Positions 1-12,733 are shown, numbered from the stretch's first letter. The stretch: DNA of 60,180 bases from Lysobacter sp. (GCA_041855065.1 JBHADJ010000171.1:1-60180), one strand, 5' to 3'. The notes: a model not told the origin generated them from the sequence alone. Translations and numbers: made by a program.

Positions 1-1518
<1,518 letters not shown>

Positions 1519-1519
1519 A

Positions 1520-1618
1520 ATGAGTTATCGAGCAATTGACAGCGGAAAGCGCGGCTGGCGTGAAGCCCGCGCCGAACTCAATAAATTGCCGCTGGCTGCA
1601 GAGGTCTGGAAGGTGTGA
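1520..1618 (+). CDS. 32-aa ORF filling the gap between hsdR and the COG2958 gene (small protein or deletion scar)
   Basis: GGAGGGG at 1504-1510 precedes ATG 1520; stop lies 1 nt before the next ATG. No family recognised. Confidence 0.3.
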   Translation: MSYRAIDSGKRGWREARAELNKLPLAAEVWKV

Positions 1619-1619
1619 C

Positions 1620-2567
1620 ATGGCACTGAATCTGGCAAAGACCGTCATTGGCTACCTGAAAAAACATCCCGAGGAGAAGTTCACCGCTCGGCAGATTGCC
1701 GAGTGGGTGTTCGCCACTTATCCGGATGAATGCCAGGAAAAGCGGGCCAATAGCCGCGGCGATTACATCAAGTCTGATGCGGATTTGGTGCAGCAGCTCG
1801 TCGCAGAAATCAGCTCGCAGCGCCCGCGCATGCAAACGAAGCATCCAGAACTCAAAACGACTGAAGGACGGCCGCGCAAGTACTATTACTCGGAGCGCTC
1901 GGACAGTGCCGAAGTGGCGGCGGCCGAAAGCGAGAGCAGGTCAACGGCTACGGATGCAAGTGCTTTGAAGATTGACGAGCACGCTCTGTACCCGCTGCTC
2001 TCGCACTACCTGTGGGAGGAGTTTGGCGTTTTCTCCAAGCGCATCGACGAGAAGCGTTCGTCGAACAAGCGCGGGCCGAACGGCAACCGCTGGCTGTACC
2101 CGGACGTGGTGGGCATGGAGGACTTGGGCAAGGAGTGGCACCGCGAAGTGCGCGACTGCGTGACGCAGTATTCCGACAAGCGCACCAAGCTGTGGTCGTT
2201 CGAGGTGAAACTGCTGATTAACCGCTCCAACGTGCGCGAATGCTTTTTTCAGGCCGTATCGAACTCGTCATGGGCCAATTTCGGCTATCTGGTCGCGGCG
2301 GAAATCGGCGGCACTGATACGCTGAAGGAGCTGCGGATGCTGTTCGCCGCCCACGGCATCGGCTTCATCAAGCTGGACGTGGACAACCCTGCCGACAGTC
2401 AGGTGCTGATTCCGGCGCGCGAGCGTGACGAAATCGACTGGGACATGGCCAATCGCCTGGCGACGGAAAATCGGGATTTTCTCGAATACATCAAGCTGGT
2501 GAAGCAGTTCTACCAGACTGGCGAAGCACGGCGGGTGGACTGGGACGTGCCGGAACTGGACGATTGA
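1620..2567 (+). CDS. COG2958/HrgA-like protein: N-terminal winged-HTH-like region plus C-terminal PD-(D/E)xK nuclease
   Basis: Motifs WLYPDVVG, WSFEVK and FFQAVSNSSWANFGYLV; ATG 1620 follows AAGGTG. Confidence 0.8.
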   Translation: MALNLAKTVIGYLKKHPEEKFTARQIAEWVFATYPDECQEKRANSRGDYIKSDADLVQQLVAEISSQRPRMQTKHPELKTTEGRPRKYYYSERSDSAEVAAAESESRSTATDASALKIDEHALYPLLSHYLWEEFGVFSKRIDEKRSSNKRGPNGNRWLYPDVVGMEDLGKEWHREVRDCVTQYSDKRTKLWSFEVKLLINRSNVRECFFQAVSNSSWANFGYLVAAEIGGTDTLKELRMLFAAHGIGFIKLDVDNPADSQVLIPARERDEIDWDMANRLATENRDFLEYIKLVKQFYQTGEARRVDWDVPELDD

Positions 2568-2643
2568 TCACCGACTCCGGGTGTGCTCGGCGGCGATCCC
2601 TTCATCGCCCCATCTTGCCCAGTGTCGATGTCCGGCATGAGCA

Positions 2644-2672
2644 AACGCCCCCGGCACTTGAGCGGGGGCGTT
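2644..2672. terminator. Probable bidirectional intrinsic terminator between convergent genes
   Basis: Perfect 10-bp stem AACGCCCCCG / CGGGGGCGTT with a 9-nt loop and short T runs on both strands. Confidence 0.6.
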
Positions 2673-2750
2673 GTTGCGGAGGTTGCCAGCGCAATCACCT
2701 CTGGCAACGTCGGGACTCAAAGCGTTGAGGCGGCGGCCAGCACAGCGTGC

Positions 2751-3914
<1,164 letters not shown>

Positions 3915-4208
3915 TCATTTGAGATAGGAACGCACCAAGGCCACCACTTCGTCGATGGCCTGATGCATCTGTTGCTGCTCGCAATCCGGGCTGTCGGCGC
4001 ACTCGGCATGGCCGAAGGTCTCGCGCAAATGCCCTTGCAAAACCTCGGCCATCAAACCGTTGATGCCGCCGCGCATCGCCGCCAGCTGCTGCAACACTTC
4101 GCTGCAACTGCTGCCCGCCTCGATGGCACGCTCCAGCGCCTCGCTTTGCCCACGGATGCGGCGCAAACGAGTAATGACACGCTTTTTTTCGGCAGGACTA
4201 TGCGGCAT
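3915..4208 (-). CDS. frmR: Formaldehyde-sensing repressor, CsoR/RcnR family
   Basis: MPHSPAEKKRVITRLRRIRGQ with Pro2 and a Cys in SSCSEVLQQ; lies directly upstream of frmA. Confidence 0.92.
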   Translation of the reverse strand: MPHSPAEKKRVITRLRRIRGQSEALERAIEAGSSCSEVLQQLAAMRGGINGLMAEVLQGHLRETFGHAECADSPDCEQQQMHQAIDEVVALVRSYLK

Positions 4209-4219
4209 GACAGCTCCAG

Positions 4220-4260
4220 ATACTTGGGGGGAGTATATGAGGACCAACAGAAAGCAGCAA
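4220..4260 (-). promoter_or_regulatory. frmRA sigma70 promoter overlapped by an FrmR-type operator
   Basis: ATAC-TTGGGGGGA-GTAT at 4220-4236 (inverted repeat around a G6 tract); minus strand TTGCTG (4255-4260)-N17-TATACT (4232-4237). Confidence 0.85.
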
Positions 4261-4494
4261 GCCGCACATCGGCAGCGGAATGCCGTATCTGTCTAGGAAT
4301 ACTGGCTGCATTGGCCGGATACCGCACCCACGCGGCACGCAATTCACGGCAGATCTGCACTTGTCTCATCCGCAGCAAGCCATGGACGACAAGAGGCCGG
4401 CCACGGGCAAGCACGGACGCTTGTCAACACACACGGCAAGGATCGGTTCACGGAAAGGCCTCGTATCATCCCCCCATCCCCAAGGAGACTGCGC

Positions 4495-5985
4495 ATGAAA
4501 TCGCTTGCCCCTGCCCTGCTCGGCATCGCCGTGATCGCCGGCCTTTCCATCCCGATCCCAACACAGGCACAGGCAGCAGGCGAGGAAGGGCTGCGCTTTG
4601 CTGCCGACAACTACCAGCTGCAAACCATCGAGGCCAATGGCGAGCGCATCCGGGTGCGCGCCTATGAAGGCATTCGCTACGTCGCCAACCCGGTGGATGC
4701 CAGCCGGCAGGTGATGAACATCTACATCCCGGCGGCCTATTTCGAAGGCGGCGAAGTGGCCGGCAAGACGGCCGAGCGTGCGCCGATTTTCCTGCCCAAT
4801 CAGATCGGCGGCTACATGCCGGCCGCGCCCGGTACGGCCAACGCACCGGCACGCGGCCCGGGGGCCGGCCGCGTCAGCACGATTGCCCAGGCCCTGATGC
4901 GCGGTTACGTGGTGGCCTCGCCCGGTGCCCGTGGGCGCAGCGAAGAAAACGGCAAGGCACCCGCGGCCATCGTCGACCTGAAAGCAGCCGTTCGCTGGCT
5001 GCGCTACAACGATGCACGGATGCCGGGCGATGCGGAAAGAATCATCAGCAATGGCACCAGCGCCGGCGGAGCACTGTCGGCCCTGCTCGGCGCCAGCGGC
5101 AATCACCCGGACTATGAGGCCGCCCTGCAACAACTCGGTGCCGCCCCGGCCGGCGACGATGTTTTCGCCGTTTCCGCCTATTGCCCCATCACTAATCTGG
5201 AACATGCCGATGCCGCCTACGAATGGCTGTTCAATGGCGTCAACGACTACAAGAAAATCAGCATCCAGATGCTGGATTACAACGTGCAGCGGCAGGAAAC
5301 CGCCGGCACGCTGGATGCGGCGCAAATCGGCCTGTCCGATGCGCTGAAACCCCTGTTTCCGCCCTATCTCAACAGCCTCGGGCTGAAAGATGCCGGCGGC
5401 CAGCCGTTGCAACTGGCCGACGATGGCCGGGGCAGCTTTGCCGAGCACATCGCCCGGCTCGTGACCCAATCGGCGCAGACGGCGCTGGATGCGGGGCAAG
5501 ACCTGTCAGGCACCGACTGGCTCGACATCGCCGACGGCAAGGTGGCGCAGGTGGATCTGGCCGCTTACGCACGCGGCATCGGCCGCATGAAAACCCCGCC
5601 TGCCTTCGATGCGGTGGATTTGTCCAGCGGCGAAAACCAGCTGTTTGGCGGCGACGGGCAGGATAGCCGCCATTTCACCGACTTCTCCATGCGCCACAGC
5701 ACGGCTGAAGGCGGCCAACGCGCACCGGCAGAACAGGTGCGGCTGATGAATCCGCTCAACTACATCGGCGATGCGGCGGCTCGCAACGCGCAGCACTGGC
5801 GCATCCGCCACGGCAGCCATGACCGCGATACCGCCGTCGCCGTGCCGGCCATTCTTGCCGCCCGCCTTGCCCAGCAAGGCCATGCGGTGGACTTTGCCCT
5901 GCCCTGGGGGCAAGGCCACGGTGGCGATTACGATCTGGATGCCCTGTTTGACTGGATGGACAAGATCAGCACTGCCGAGAATTGA
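4495..5985 (+). CDS. Secreted alpha/beta hydrolase, subtype B tannase family
   Basis: Signal peptide ending AQA; PIFLPNQIGGYMP, GKAPAAIVDLKAAVRWLR, nucleophile GTSAG, CPITNLEHAD, HGSHDRD and GHGGDYD. Confidence 0.85.
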   Translation: MKSLAPALLGIAVIAGLSIPIPTQAQAAGEEGLRFAADNYQLQTIEANGERIRVRAYEGIRYVANPVDASRQVMNIYIPAAYFEGGEVAGKTAERAPIFLPNQIGGYMPAAPGTANAPARGPGAGRVSTIAQALMRGYVVASPGARGRSEENGKAPAAIVDLKAAVRWLRYNDARMPGDAERIISNGTSAGGALSALLGASGNHPDYEAALQQLGAAPAGDDVFAVSAYCPITNLEHADAAYEWLFNGVNDYKKISIQMLDYNVQRQETAGTLDAAQIGLSDALKPLFPPYLNSLGLKDAGGQPLQLADDGRGSFAEHIARLVTQSAQTALDAGQDLSGTDWLDIADGKVAQVDLAAYARGIGRMKTPPAFDAVDLSSGENQLFGGDGQDSRHFTDFSMRHSTAEGGQRAPAEQVRLMNPLNYIGDAAARNAQHWRIRHGSHDRDTAVAVPAILAARLAQQGHAVDFALPWGQGHGGDYDLDALFDWMDKISTAEN

Positions 5986-5991
5986 TGCGCA

Positions 5992-6981
5992 TCAGGGCAC
6001 GGACACGATGCCGTGGTGGGTACGCAACACGCCGAGCAATGCCTCGGCATGCGGCGTACTGGCGTTCAGGCAAGGGATGTAACGCAAGCGTCTGCCACCT
6101 GCCGCCCGAAATGCCTCGGCACTTTGCAGAGCGATTTCCTCGAGTGTTTCAAGGCAGTCCACCGCAAAGCCGGGGCAGACAATGTCCACCTCCCTGACGC
6201 CACCGAGAGCAAGCTGCTCAAGACTCGGCTGGGTATAGGGCGTCAACCAGCGCTCGCGGCCAAAGCGGGACTGATAGGTCAGCAACACATCCTGCCTGGC
6301 AATGTCCAGCGCATCGGCAATTGCAGCGGTGCTGGCCTCGCACTGCTCGGCATAGGGGTCGCCTTGATGCACCAGCCTCGCCGGAATGCCGTGATAGGAA
6401 AACACCAGCTGCTCGGCACGGCCATGCTGTGCCCAGTGCCGGCGAATACTGTCGGCAACTGCACTCGCCCATGACGGATGCCGGTGATAGTCGCGGATGC
6501 AATGGATTTGCAGATCGGCAAAACGTGCTTGGCACTCGGCCAACAAATCTTCCACCGAGGCAGTGGTGGTGGTGGAGTACTGCGGATACAGTGGCAGCAC
6601 CGTCGCTTGCCGCACACCTTGCCCATGCAGGCGAGCAAGCACTGCCGCCAATCCCGGCTCACCATAACGCATTGCCGGCAGCACAGGACAATCGGGCAGC
6701 AGGACTTGCAGCGCCTGCGCCAATGCCACGGTATGTGCGAGTAGCGGCGAGCCCTGCTCAGTCCAGATTTCGGCATACTTTTCGGCCACTTTCGGGCTTC
6801 TGCGCGGCAGGATGACCCAATCAAGCAACGGCCGCCACAACACGCCGGGCAACTGCACCACCCGGCGGTCGCTCAGAAATTCCCGCAGGTAGCGGTGTAC
6901 CGCCTCTGCAGTCGGTGCACCGGGCGTGCCGAGATTGACCAAAACGACACTATGTGGCGCGGGGCTGTGAAGGACTGTCAT
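5992..6981 (-). CDS. hemH: Ferrochelatase
   Basis: VNLGTP, PLYPQYSTTTT, SYHG, QSRFG and CPGFAVDCLETLEEI. Start may be 6987. Confidence 0.96.
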   Translation of the reverse strand: MTVLHSPAPHSVVLVNLGTPGAPTAEAVHRYLREFLSDRRVVQLPGVLWRPLLDWVILPRRSPKVAEKYAEIWTEQGSPLLAHTVALAQALQVLLPDCPVLPAMRYGEPGLAAVLARLHGQGVRQATVLPLYPQYSTTTTASVEDLLAECQARFADLQIHCIRDYHRHPSWASAVADSIRRHWAQHGRAEQLVFSYHGIPARLVHQGDPYAEQCEASTAAIADALDIARQDVLLTYQSRFGRERWLTPYTQPSLEQLALGGVREVDIVCPGFAVDCLETLEEIALQSAEAFRAAGGRRLRYIPCLNASTPHAEALLGVLRTHHGIVSVP

Positions 6982-7087
6982 GTGCATCAGGATAGCCGCT
7001 GTCCATCCGACGATTCATCCCTCATCCGGGATTCTCGCCAAACTTGCCGCTATGCTCCTGCATTGTCCGATTCACGAGGAGAGCATC

Positions 7088-7936
7088 ATGCGTCGTCTGT
7101 CTGCCTTGGCTCTTGCCATCCTGCTTGCCACCAGCCCCGCATTTGCCGGAGAAGCCGAGGACGCGCGCGCGCGCGATGCGGTGCGGGTGTTGAACGAAAA
7201 TTTGGATATCCCCGAATCCGCCATCCCGGACAAGCTGTTCGACGAAGCACACGCCATCGTCATCATCCCGGACACCATCAAGGCCAGTCTGGTTTTCGGC
7301 GGGCGCCGCGGACTCGGCGTGATGTCGGTCAAAACCACCGATGGACATTGGTCCAATCCGGTATTCGTGCGCTTGACCGGCGGTAGCGTCGGCTTCCAGG
7401 CCGGCGTGCAATCCGCCGATGTCATCATGGTCATCCGCAATGATCGCGGCGTCCAGAACATCGTGAACGGCAAGTTCACCCTGGGCGCGGATGCCGCTGC
7501 CGCTGCCGGGCCGGTCGGCCGCAATGCCTCGGCCTCGACCGATGCCCAATTCCGCGCCGAAATCTGGTCATGGTCCCGCGCACGTGGCCTGTTTGCCGGC
7601 GTTTCGCTTGACGGTGCCGTCCTGCGCATCGACAACGAAGCCAACCAGGCCGTATACGGCCAAGGGGTAACCCCGCGCATGATTCTGGAAAACCGCGCCC
7701 CGCAGGCCGGCAGTACCGATACCGTGGCATTGCGTCAAGCGCTGGATACGGCAACCACCAGCGCACACGCCAGACGCAATCCTCAAGCGCCCCCACTGCA
7801 ATATGCCCCCGTGGCACAACCGCAAACCGCCGGACAATTGCCTGTGGGCAGCACGCCACCTAGCTCACAGAGCAGCACACCCGTCACGCACGGCAGTGGC
7901 ACTGTCACCACCACTCCCTTGCCGCCGGAGGATTGA
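7088..7936 (+). CDS. Ysc84/SYLF-domain lipid-binding exported protein
   Basis: Signal peptide; GGSVGFQAGVQSAD, LGADAAAAAGPVGR and WSRARGLFAGVSLDG; Pro/Thr-rich tail. Confidence 0.9.
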   Translation: MRRLSALALAILLATSPAFAGEAEDARARDAVRVLNENLDIPESAIPDKLFDEAHAIVIIPDTIKASLVFGGRRGLGVMSVKTTDGHWSNPVFVRLTGGSVGFQAGVQSADVIMVIRNDRGVQNIVNGKFTLGADAAAAAGPVGRNASASTDAQFRAEIWSWSRARGLFAGVSLDGAVLRIDNEANQAVYGQGVTPRMILENRAPQAGSTDTVALRQALDTATTSAHARRNPQAPPLQYAPVAQPQTAGQLPVGSTPPSSQSSTPVTHGSGTVTTTPLPPED

Positions 7937-8073
7937 ACCCCGCATTCGGCAGCAGCGACCAGCATCCCGCTGCCCGCGCGAGCGCAGATGGGCATGGGCA
8001 CATTTGGCGGGCGCTTTGTTGCCGGCAACGGGCTTGCGGTATCCTTGCCACCTGTTTTCTCATGGGCTGAGTC

Positions 8074-8307
8074 ATGATTGGCTGGCGCGAACTTCTCATT
8101 CTTCTGGTAATCGCCTTGATTGTTTTCGGGGCCAAGCGGCTGCGCAACATCGGCGGCGATCTGGGCAGTGCCGTGCGCAGCTTCAAGAAAGGAATGAACG
8201 AGCCCGAGGATGAGACACCCACCAAGCTCGGCCATGATGCCGATGGCTCGAAAACCCCCGCCCCCCGTGCGCGCGAGGACGCATCATCGCCCCGGCAGGG
8301 CGATTGA
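8074..8307 (+). CDS. tatA: Twin-arginine translocase TatA
   Basis: N-terminal TM helix followed by [19 protein letters not shown]. Confidence 0.95.
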   Translation: MIGWRELLILLVIALIVFGAKRLRNIGGDLGSAVRSFKKGMNEPEDETPTKLGHDADGSKTPAPRAREDASSPRQGD

Positions 8308-8324
8308 GCCGCACAGGCACGCCG

Positions 8325-8636
8325 ATGTTTGAAATCAGCTTCCCCGAGCTTGTCATCCTGGCCGTGGTGGCACTGCTGGTACTCGGCCCGGAGCGACTGC
8401 CGCGTGCGGCTCGCTTTGCCGGATTGTGGGTGCGCAAAGCGCGCGCCCAATGGCACTCGGTCAAAAGCGAAATGGAGCGTGAAATCGCGCTTGAGGACAT
8501 GCGCCGCAGCATGGATGAGGCTCGGCAAACCATGCAGGAAATGAATGCCGCCGTGATGCGCCGCGAGGCCGAAGCCAACGCAGCCACGTCCCCTCCCGAC
8601 AAGTCTGCCTCGCCTCCCGATTCGTCGGCACCCTGA
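8325..8636 (+). CDS. tatB: Twin-arginine translocase TatB
   Basis: MFEISFPEL...VLGPERLP. Confidence 0.95.
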   Translation: MFEISFPELVILAVVALLVLGPERLPRAARFAGLWVRKARAQWHSVKSEMEREIALEDMRRSMDEARQTMQEMNAAVMRREAEANAATSPPDKSASPPDSSAP

Positions 8637-8641
8637 AGACG

Positions 8642-9394
8642 ATGTCCGCACAAGAATCCACGACGGGCTGGCTATCCCATCTGTACGAGCTGCGCAGCCG
8701 GTTATTGAAGGCCACCCTGACCGTCATTGCGCTGTTTGCCGCGCTGGCCGCCTTCAGCAACCCGCTGTACGACATGTTGGCCGCCCCGATGCTGGCCGCA
8801 CTGCCCAGCGGCAGCCAGATGATCGCCACCGACCCACTCACCCCCTTTTCCACGCCACTGCGTCTTGCCCTGTATCTGGCGCTGTTGCTCGGGGCGCCGG
8901 TGCTGCTGTATCAGCTGTGGGCCTTCGTCAAACCAGGGCTGTACCGGCACGAAAAACGTCTGGCGGCCCCCCTGCTGATCTCCTCACTACTACTGTTCTA
9001 TATCGGCTGTGCGTTCGCCTATTTCGTGCTGCTGCCGGCAATGTTCAAGTTTGTCGCCATGACCCGCCCCGAGAGCGTGCTGGTGATGCCGGACATTGCC
9101 CGCTATCTGGATTTTGTCGCCGTCATCGCGCTGGCGTCGGGCTTCAGCTTCGAGCTGCCGGTGGCGGTCACCATCGCCGCACTGCTGGGCTGGGTAAGCC
9201 CGGAGCAGCTGCGCAAGGCACGCGGTTATGCGGTTTTCGGTTGCTTCGTGGTTGCCATGGTGGTCACGCCCGGTGACGGCATCTCGATGATCCTGCTCGC
9301 CATCCCGATGTGCCTGCTGTATGAAGCCGGCATACTGGCCGCACGCCTCCTTGTTCGCGCCTCTTCCGATGTCGCCTCCGACACTTCCACCTGA
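8642..9394 (+). CDS. tatC: Twin-arginine translocase TatC
   Basis: HLYELRSRL, YQLWAFVKPGLY and FELPV; multiple TM helices. Confidence 0.96.
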   Translation: MSAQESTTGWLSHLYELRSRLLKATLTVIALFAALAAFSNPLYDMLAAPMLAALPSGSQMIATDPLTPFSTPLRLALYLALLLGAPVLLYQLWAFVKPGLYRHEKRLAAPLLISSLLLFYIGCAFAYFVLLPAMFKFVAMTRPESVLVMPDIARYLDFVAVIALASGFSFELPVAVTIAALLGWVSPEQLRKARGYAVFGCFVVAMVVTPGDGISMILLAIPMCLLYEAGILAARLLVRASSDVASDTST

Positions 9395-10103
9395 GACAGC
9401 CAACCGCGCCGGACTATTGCCGCGTACAGCCGCTTGGCTGCTGGATGCCACGGTACTGCTGATCATCGTCTCGCCATTGTCATGGTTATGGCCAGGCGCA
9501 TCACCAATGCAACTGCTGAAAAACTGGCAAGCCATTGGTGCGGCGATGGCACAGCAGATGCTGTCCAGCGTGCAAGCCGGCGGCAACTTCTTCGATTTCG
9601 TGCAGTCGCTATGGCAGCCCGGCACGCCCGTGATGCAGGCATTGCTGGCATTTCTGAAAACCTTTCACACAACCTGTCTGCCGGTACTGCTGGGCTTTCT
9701 GCTGCTCGGCCTCTTGTACTGGCCATTGCAGGAAGCCGGCACACACAAGGCCAGCCTCGGCAAACGGGTGTTTGGCCTGCATGTTCTTGATGCTGCCGGC
9801 AACAAGTTGCGCAGGCACCAGGCCTTCAAGCGCCATCTGGCGGGCAGCCTCTCCTGGCTCAGCCTCAATGTCGGTCACGCCATGGTGCTCGCACCTGCCC
9901 ATCTGGCACTGCATGATCGTCTGGCCGGCAGTCAGGTCATCTGGCGGGAAAACGCACGCCGCAAACTGCCCTGGTGGGGGTATGTCTGGCTGTTGGTCTC
10001 CCTGCTTCTGCCAGCGGCGCTCCTTGCCTGGCTGATGCTGCTGCTGACGCAATCCATGACCCACACGGCACAACTCCTTTCAATGGCACACAATGCAGGA
10101 TGA
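9369..10103 (+). CDS. RDD family membrane protein
   Basis: R..AWLLD, SLGKRVFGLHV and ALHDRLAGS. Confidence 0.85.
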   Translation: MSPPTLPPETANRAGLLPRTAAWLLDATVLLIIVSPLSWLWPGASPMQLLKNWQAIGAAMAQQMLSSVQAGGNFFDFVQSLWQPGTPVMQALLAFLKTFHTTCLPVLLGFLLLGLLYWPLQEAGTHKASLGKRVFGLHVLDAAGNKLRRHQAFKRHLAGSLSWLSLNVGHAMVLAPAHLALHDRLAGSQVIWRENARRKLPWWGYVWLLVSLLLPAALLAWLMLLLTQSMTHTAQLLSMAHNAG

Positions 10104-10107
10104 AAAG

Positions 10108-10896
10108 ATGAAAAACGCATTGCTCAAAACGGGCTCTCTGCTGATGTGCAGCCTCGCCGCATTGCATGTACCGCAGGCCCATGCCGCCGAGGAAGAAGTG
10201 GTCGAGTTCGATCGCCCCGGCATCGGATTTGGCACCCACACGCTGGCACCCGGCCAGTTCGCGCTGGAGTTTGGCCTGCCCGATGCCAGCCTCACCCGCG
10301 ACGCCGGCCAACGCAGCACCACCTTGGCCGCCAACACCCTGCTGCGCATAGGGCTTGCCAGACAGCTCGAAATCCAGCTGGGTGCCAATCTGCTGACCAG
10401 CCAGCGCGACCACGGCGATGGCGTGAATCAGCGCACCAGCGGCACCGGAGACGGACAGCTGGCACTGAAGCTCGCCCTGCCTTCCACACGCGAACACATC
10501 AGCTGGGCAGTCATGGCAAGCACCCAACTGCCCTGGGGAGAAGCACCGCTGGGCGATGGCGGCAATGGCCATGACATCGGCATGAGCGCCGCGTTCGATC
10601 TGTCCGAATCGCGGAGCTTGGCGCTGTATCTGGACTACCACCACGGTGACGACGGCCAGGGCTGGTTGTTCTCGCCCTCCTACAGCTTTGCCTTGGGCGA
10701 AAAAACTTCGGCCTATGTCGAGGCAGGTATCGGCGAGCGCGCCCAGCATATGCGTGCCATCGGCACCGGCATCACCTGGGCACCCCACCCGCATGTCCAG
10801 CTGGATGCTTCGATTTTGCGCGGATTGGATGAGAAGACTGCCGACTGGCAAGGCGGCATTGGTCTTGCCGTGTTTTTCAATCAGATAAAGAAATGA
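10108..10896 (+). CDS. Putative outer-membrane beta-barrel (Phenol_MetA_deg-like transporter family)
   Basis: Signal peptide ending AHA; FDRPG motif; alternating beta pattern; GGIGLAVFF near the C-terminus. Confidence 0.7.
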   Translation: MKNALLKTGSLLMCSLAALHVPQAHAAEEEVVEFDRPGIGFGTHTLAPGQFALEFGLPDASLTRDAGQRSTTLAANTLLRIGLARQLEIQLGANLLTSQRDHGDGVNQRTSGTGDGQLALKLALPSTREHISWAVMASTQLPWGEAPLGDGGNGHDIGMSAAFDLSESRSLALYLDYHHGDDGQGWLFSPSYSFALGEKTSAYVEAGIGERAQHMRAIGTGITWAPHPHVQLDASILRGLDEKTADWQGGIGLAVFFNQIKK

Positions 10897-11011
10897 AAAC
10901 CAATTTCATTTAATTCGAAAAAAATCAAGGTATCGCCGAAGTGCCTTACCACTCAACAACCGCCAGAAAACACACCTGCGCCACCAACGGCCGGAAAAGC
11001 CTGAATCGGGT

Positions 11012-11040
11012 TTGACCCGATACCGGGCACGGCGGATAAT
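11012..11040 (+). promoter_or_regulatory. Putative sigma70 promoter for cytochrome c4
   Basis: TTGACC-N17-GATAAT, about 50 nt before the ATG. Confidence 0.6.
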
Positions 11041-11090
11041 CTCCCTCCCCACGTGCGCCTGTTGCGCACGTTCGCCATTGGAGTCATGCA

Positions 11091-11954
11091 ATGCGTAACG
11101 CCCGTCTTTATGGCATCGCCGGTTTGGCCGCACTGGCGGCTGCCGTCGCCGTTGCCCAAACTACCGTGAACCCGCTGCCTGAAACAGCGCCGGCTCAAAG
11201 CGCCCCGTTGACTGAAACGGCCGAAGCGGCGCCGAGCGCGCTGGAGGCACTGGCCAATACCCATTGGGGCGATCCGATTGCCGGTGCCACCAAGGCAGGC
11301 GCTTGCGCGGCTTGTCATGGTCTGGATGGCAACAGCACCGACCCGGCACTGTATCCGCGTCTGGCCGGTCAGGGCGAACGCTACATTTCCCGTCAGCTTG
11401 CTCTGTTCAAGGACGGCGAGCGGGTGAACGATCTGATGAAACCTTTCGCTGACGCGTTGTCGGCACAGGACATGCGCGATGTCGCGGCCTATTACACCAG
11501 CCGCCACTCCGGTGCCGGCAGTGCCAGCGACACCGTCATCACCGATGCCGCCAGTCCGTATAACGGCATGAAGCTCTACGAAGTCGGCCAGCAGATCTAC
11601 CGCATCGGCAATGCCGAACGCGGCATTCCGGCCTGTACCGCTTGTCACGGCCCGGCCGGTGCCGGCAATGCCGGTGCTTCCTACCCGCAAATCGGCGGTC
11701 AGCAAGAATGGTATCTGGCACGTCGCCTGACCGAATACCGCAGTGGCGAGACGATCCAGAAGGATCGCCACTACTTCGACATCATGGCAGAAGTAGCCAA
11801 TCGGTTGAGCGACGAGGAAATCCGCGGCTTGGCAAGCTATCTGCAAGGTCTGCATGATCGCACCGATCAGCCGAGCGCCGCACAGGTGGAAGAATTCAAG
11901 ACCACCGGAAAAATCGCCGTCGCCAAACCGCAGGCGGCACCTGCAGCCAACTGA
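11091..11954 (+). CDS. Dihaem cytochrome c4 (c553 family)
   Basis: Signal peptide; two CxxCH motifs (CAACH, CTACH); YPRLAGQ and YPQIGGQ. Confidence 0.93.
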   Translation: MRNARLYGIAGLAALAAAVAVAQTTVNPLPETAPAQSAPLTETAEAAPSALEALANTHWGDPIAGATKAGACAACHGLDGNSTDPALYPRLAGQGERYISRQLALFKDGERVNDLMKPFADALSAQDMRDVAAYYTSRHSGAGSASDTVITDAASPYNGMKLYEVGQQIYRIGNAERGIPACTACHGPAGAGNAGASYPQIGGQQEWYLARRLTEYRSGETIQKDRHYFDIMAEVANRLSDEEIRGLASYLQGLHDRTDQPSAAQVEEFKTTGKIAVAKPQAAPAAN

Positions 11955-12004
11955 AAATCGCTTATCAGGCAGGCCTTCCTCGGACGCTGCATGAATCTGC
12001 GCAC

Positions 12005-12037
12005 AAGCCGTCAGTCCAAAGGGCTGGCGGCTTTCTG
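12005..12037 (+). terminator. Probable intrinsic terminator after cytochrome c4
   Basis: Stem AAGCCGTCAGTCC / GGGCTGGCGGCTT (two G-U pairs) running into TTTCTGT. Confidence 0.6.
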
Positions 12038-12073
12038 TATCCTTGCTGCCTTCACCCCCGCCTAGGAGGCTTC

Positions 12074-12706
12074 ATGAAACCCTTTCGCCTGCTGATATCG
12101 GCACTGCTATTGCTGCTGTTTGCGCTCACCCTGCCCGCCCAGCAATCCACTCCCGTCAGTGGCCGCGACTATATGGTGATCACGGGGGGCGCCCCCTTTG
12201 CCCCGCAACCCGGCAAACTCGAAGTTGCCGAGGTGTTCAGCTACCGCTGCACGCACTGCAACGATTTTGCTCCACTGCTGGCCGACTGGAAACGCAGCCT
12301 GCCGGCCAATGTCAATGTCGTGCATGTACCTGCCGTATTCATGGCCAACGACCCCTTTGCGCAGGCCTATTACGCCGCACAGAAACTCGGCATTGATACA
12401 CGCGCCCATGCAGCACTCTTTCACGCCGTCCATGTTGAACACAGCATTCCTATGCGCCCCGATGCCCGCACGCTGGCAAATTTCTACAGCCGCTACGGAG
12501 TGAGCGCCGAGCAGTTTCTCGCAGCAATGAACTCCCCAAGCGTCGCCGCCCAGATGGAGCGTGCCCACCAATTTGCCGTCAACAGCCAAATACAAGGCAC
12601 CCCGACGCTGATCGTCAACGGCATCTATCAGGTTCGTGGCCGCAGCCATCAGGACAACCTGCGCATCGCACGTGCCCTGCTCAATCAATCCCAGCCGGCA
12701 CGCTAA
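12074..12706 (+). CDS. dsbA: Thiol:disulfide interchange protein, DsbA family
   Basis: Signal peptide; EVFSYRCTHC; cis-Pro loop GTPTLIVNG. Confidence 0.9.
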   Translation: MKPFRLLISALLLLLFALTLPAQQSTPVSGRDYMVITGGAPFAPQPGKLEVAEVFSYRCTHCNDFAPLLADWKRSLPANVNVVHVPAVFMANDPFAQAYYAAQKLGIDTRAHAALFHAVHVEHSIPMRPDARTLANFYSRYGVSAEQFLAAMNSPSVAAQMERAHQFAVNSQIQGTPTLIVNGIYQVRGRSHQDNLRIARALLNQSQPAR

Positions 12707-12733
12707 GCCGGAAACTGTTAGGAGAACTCCAAG

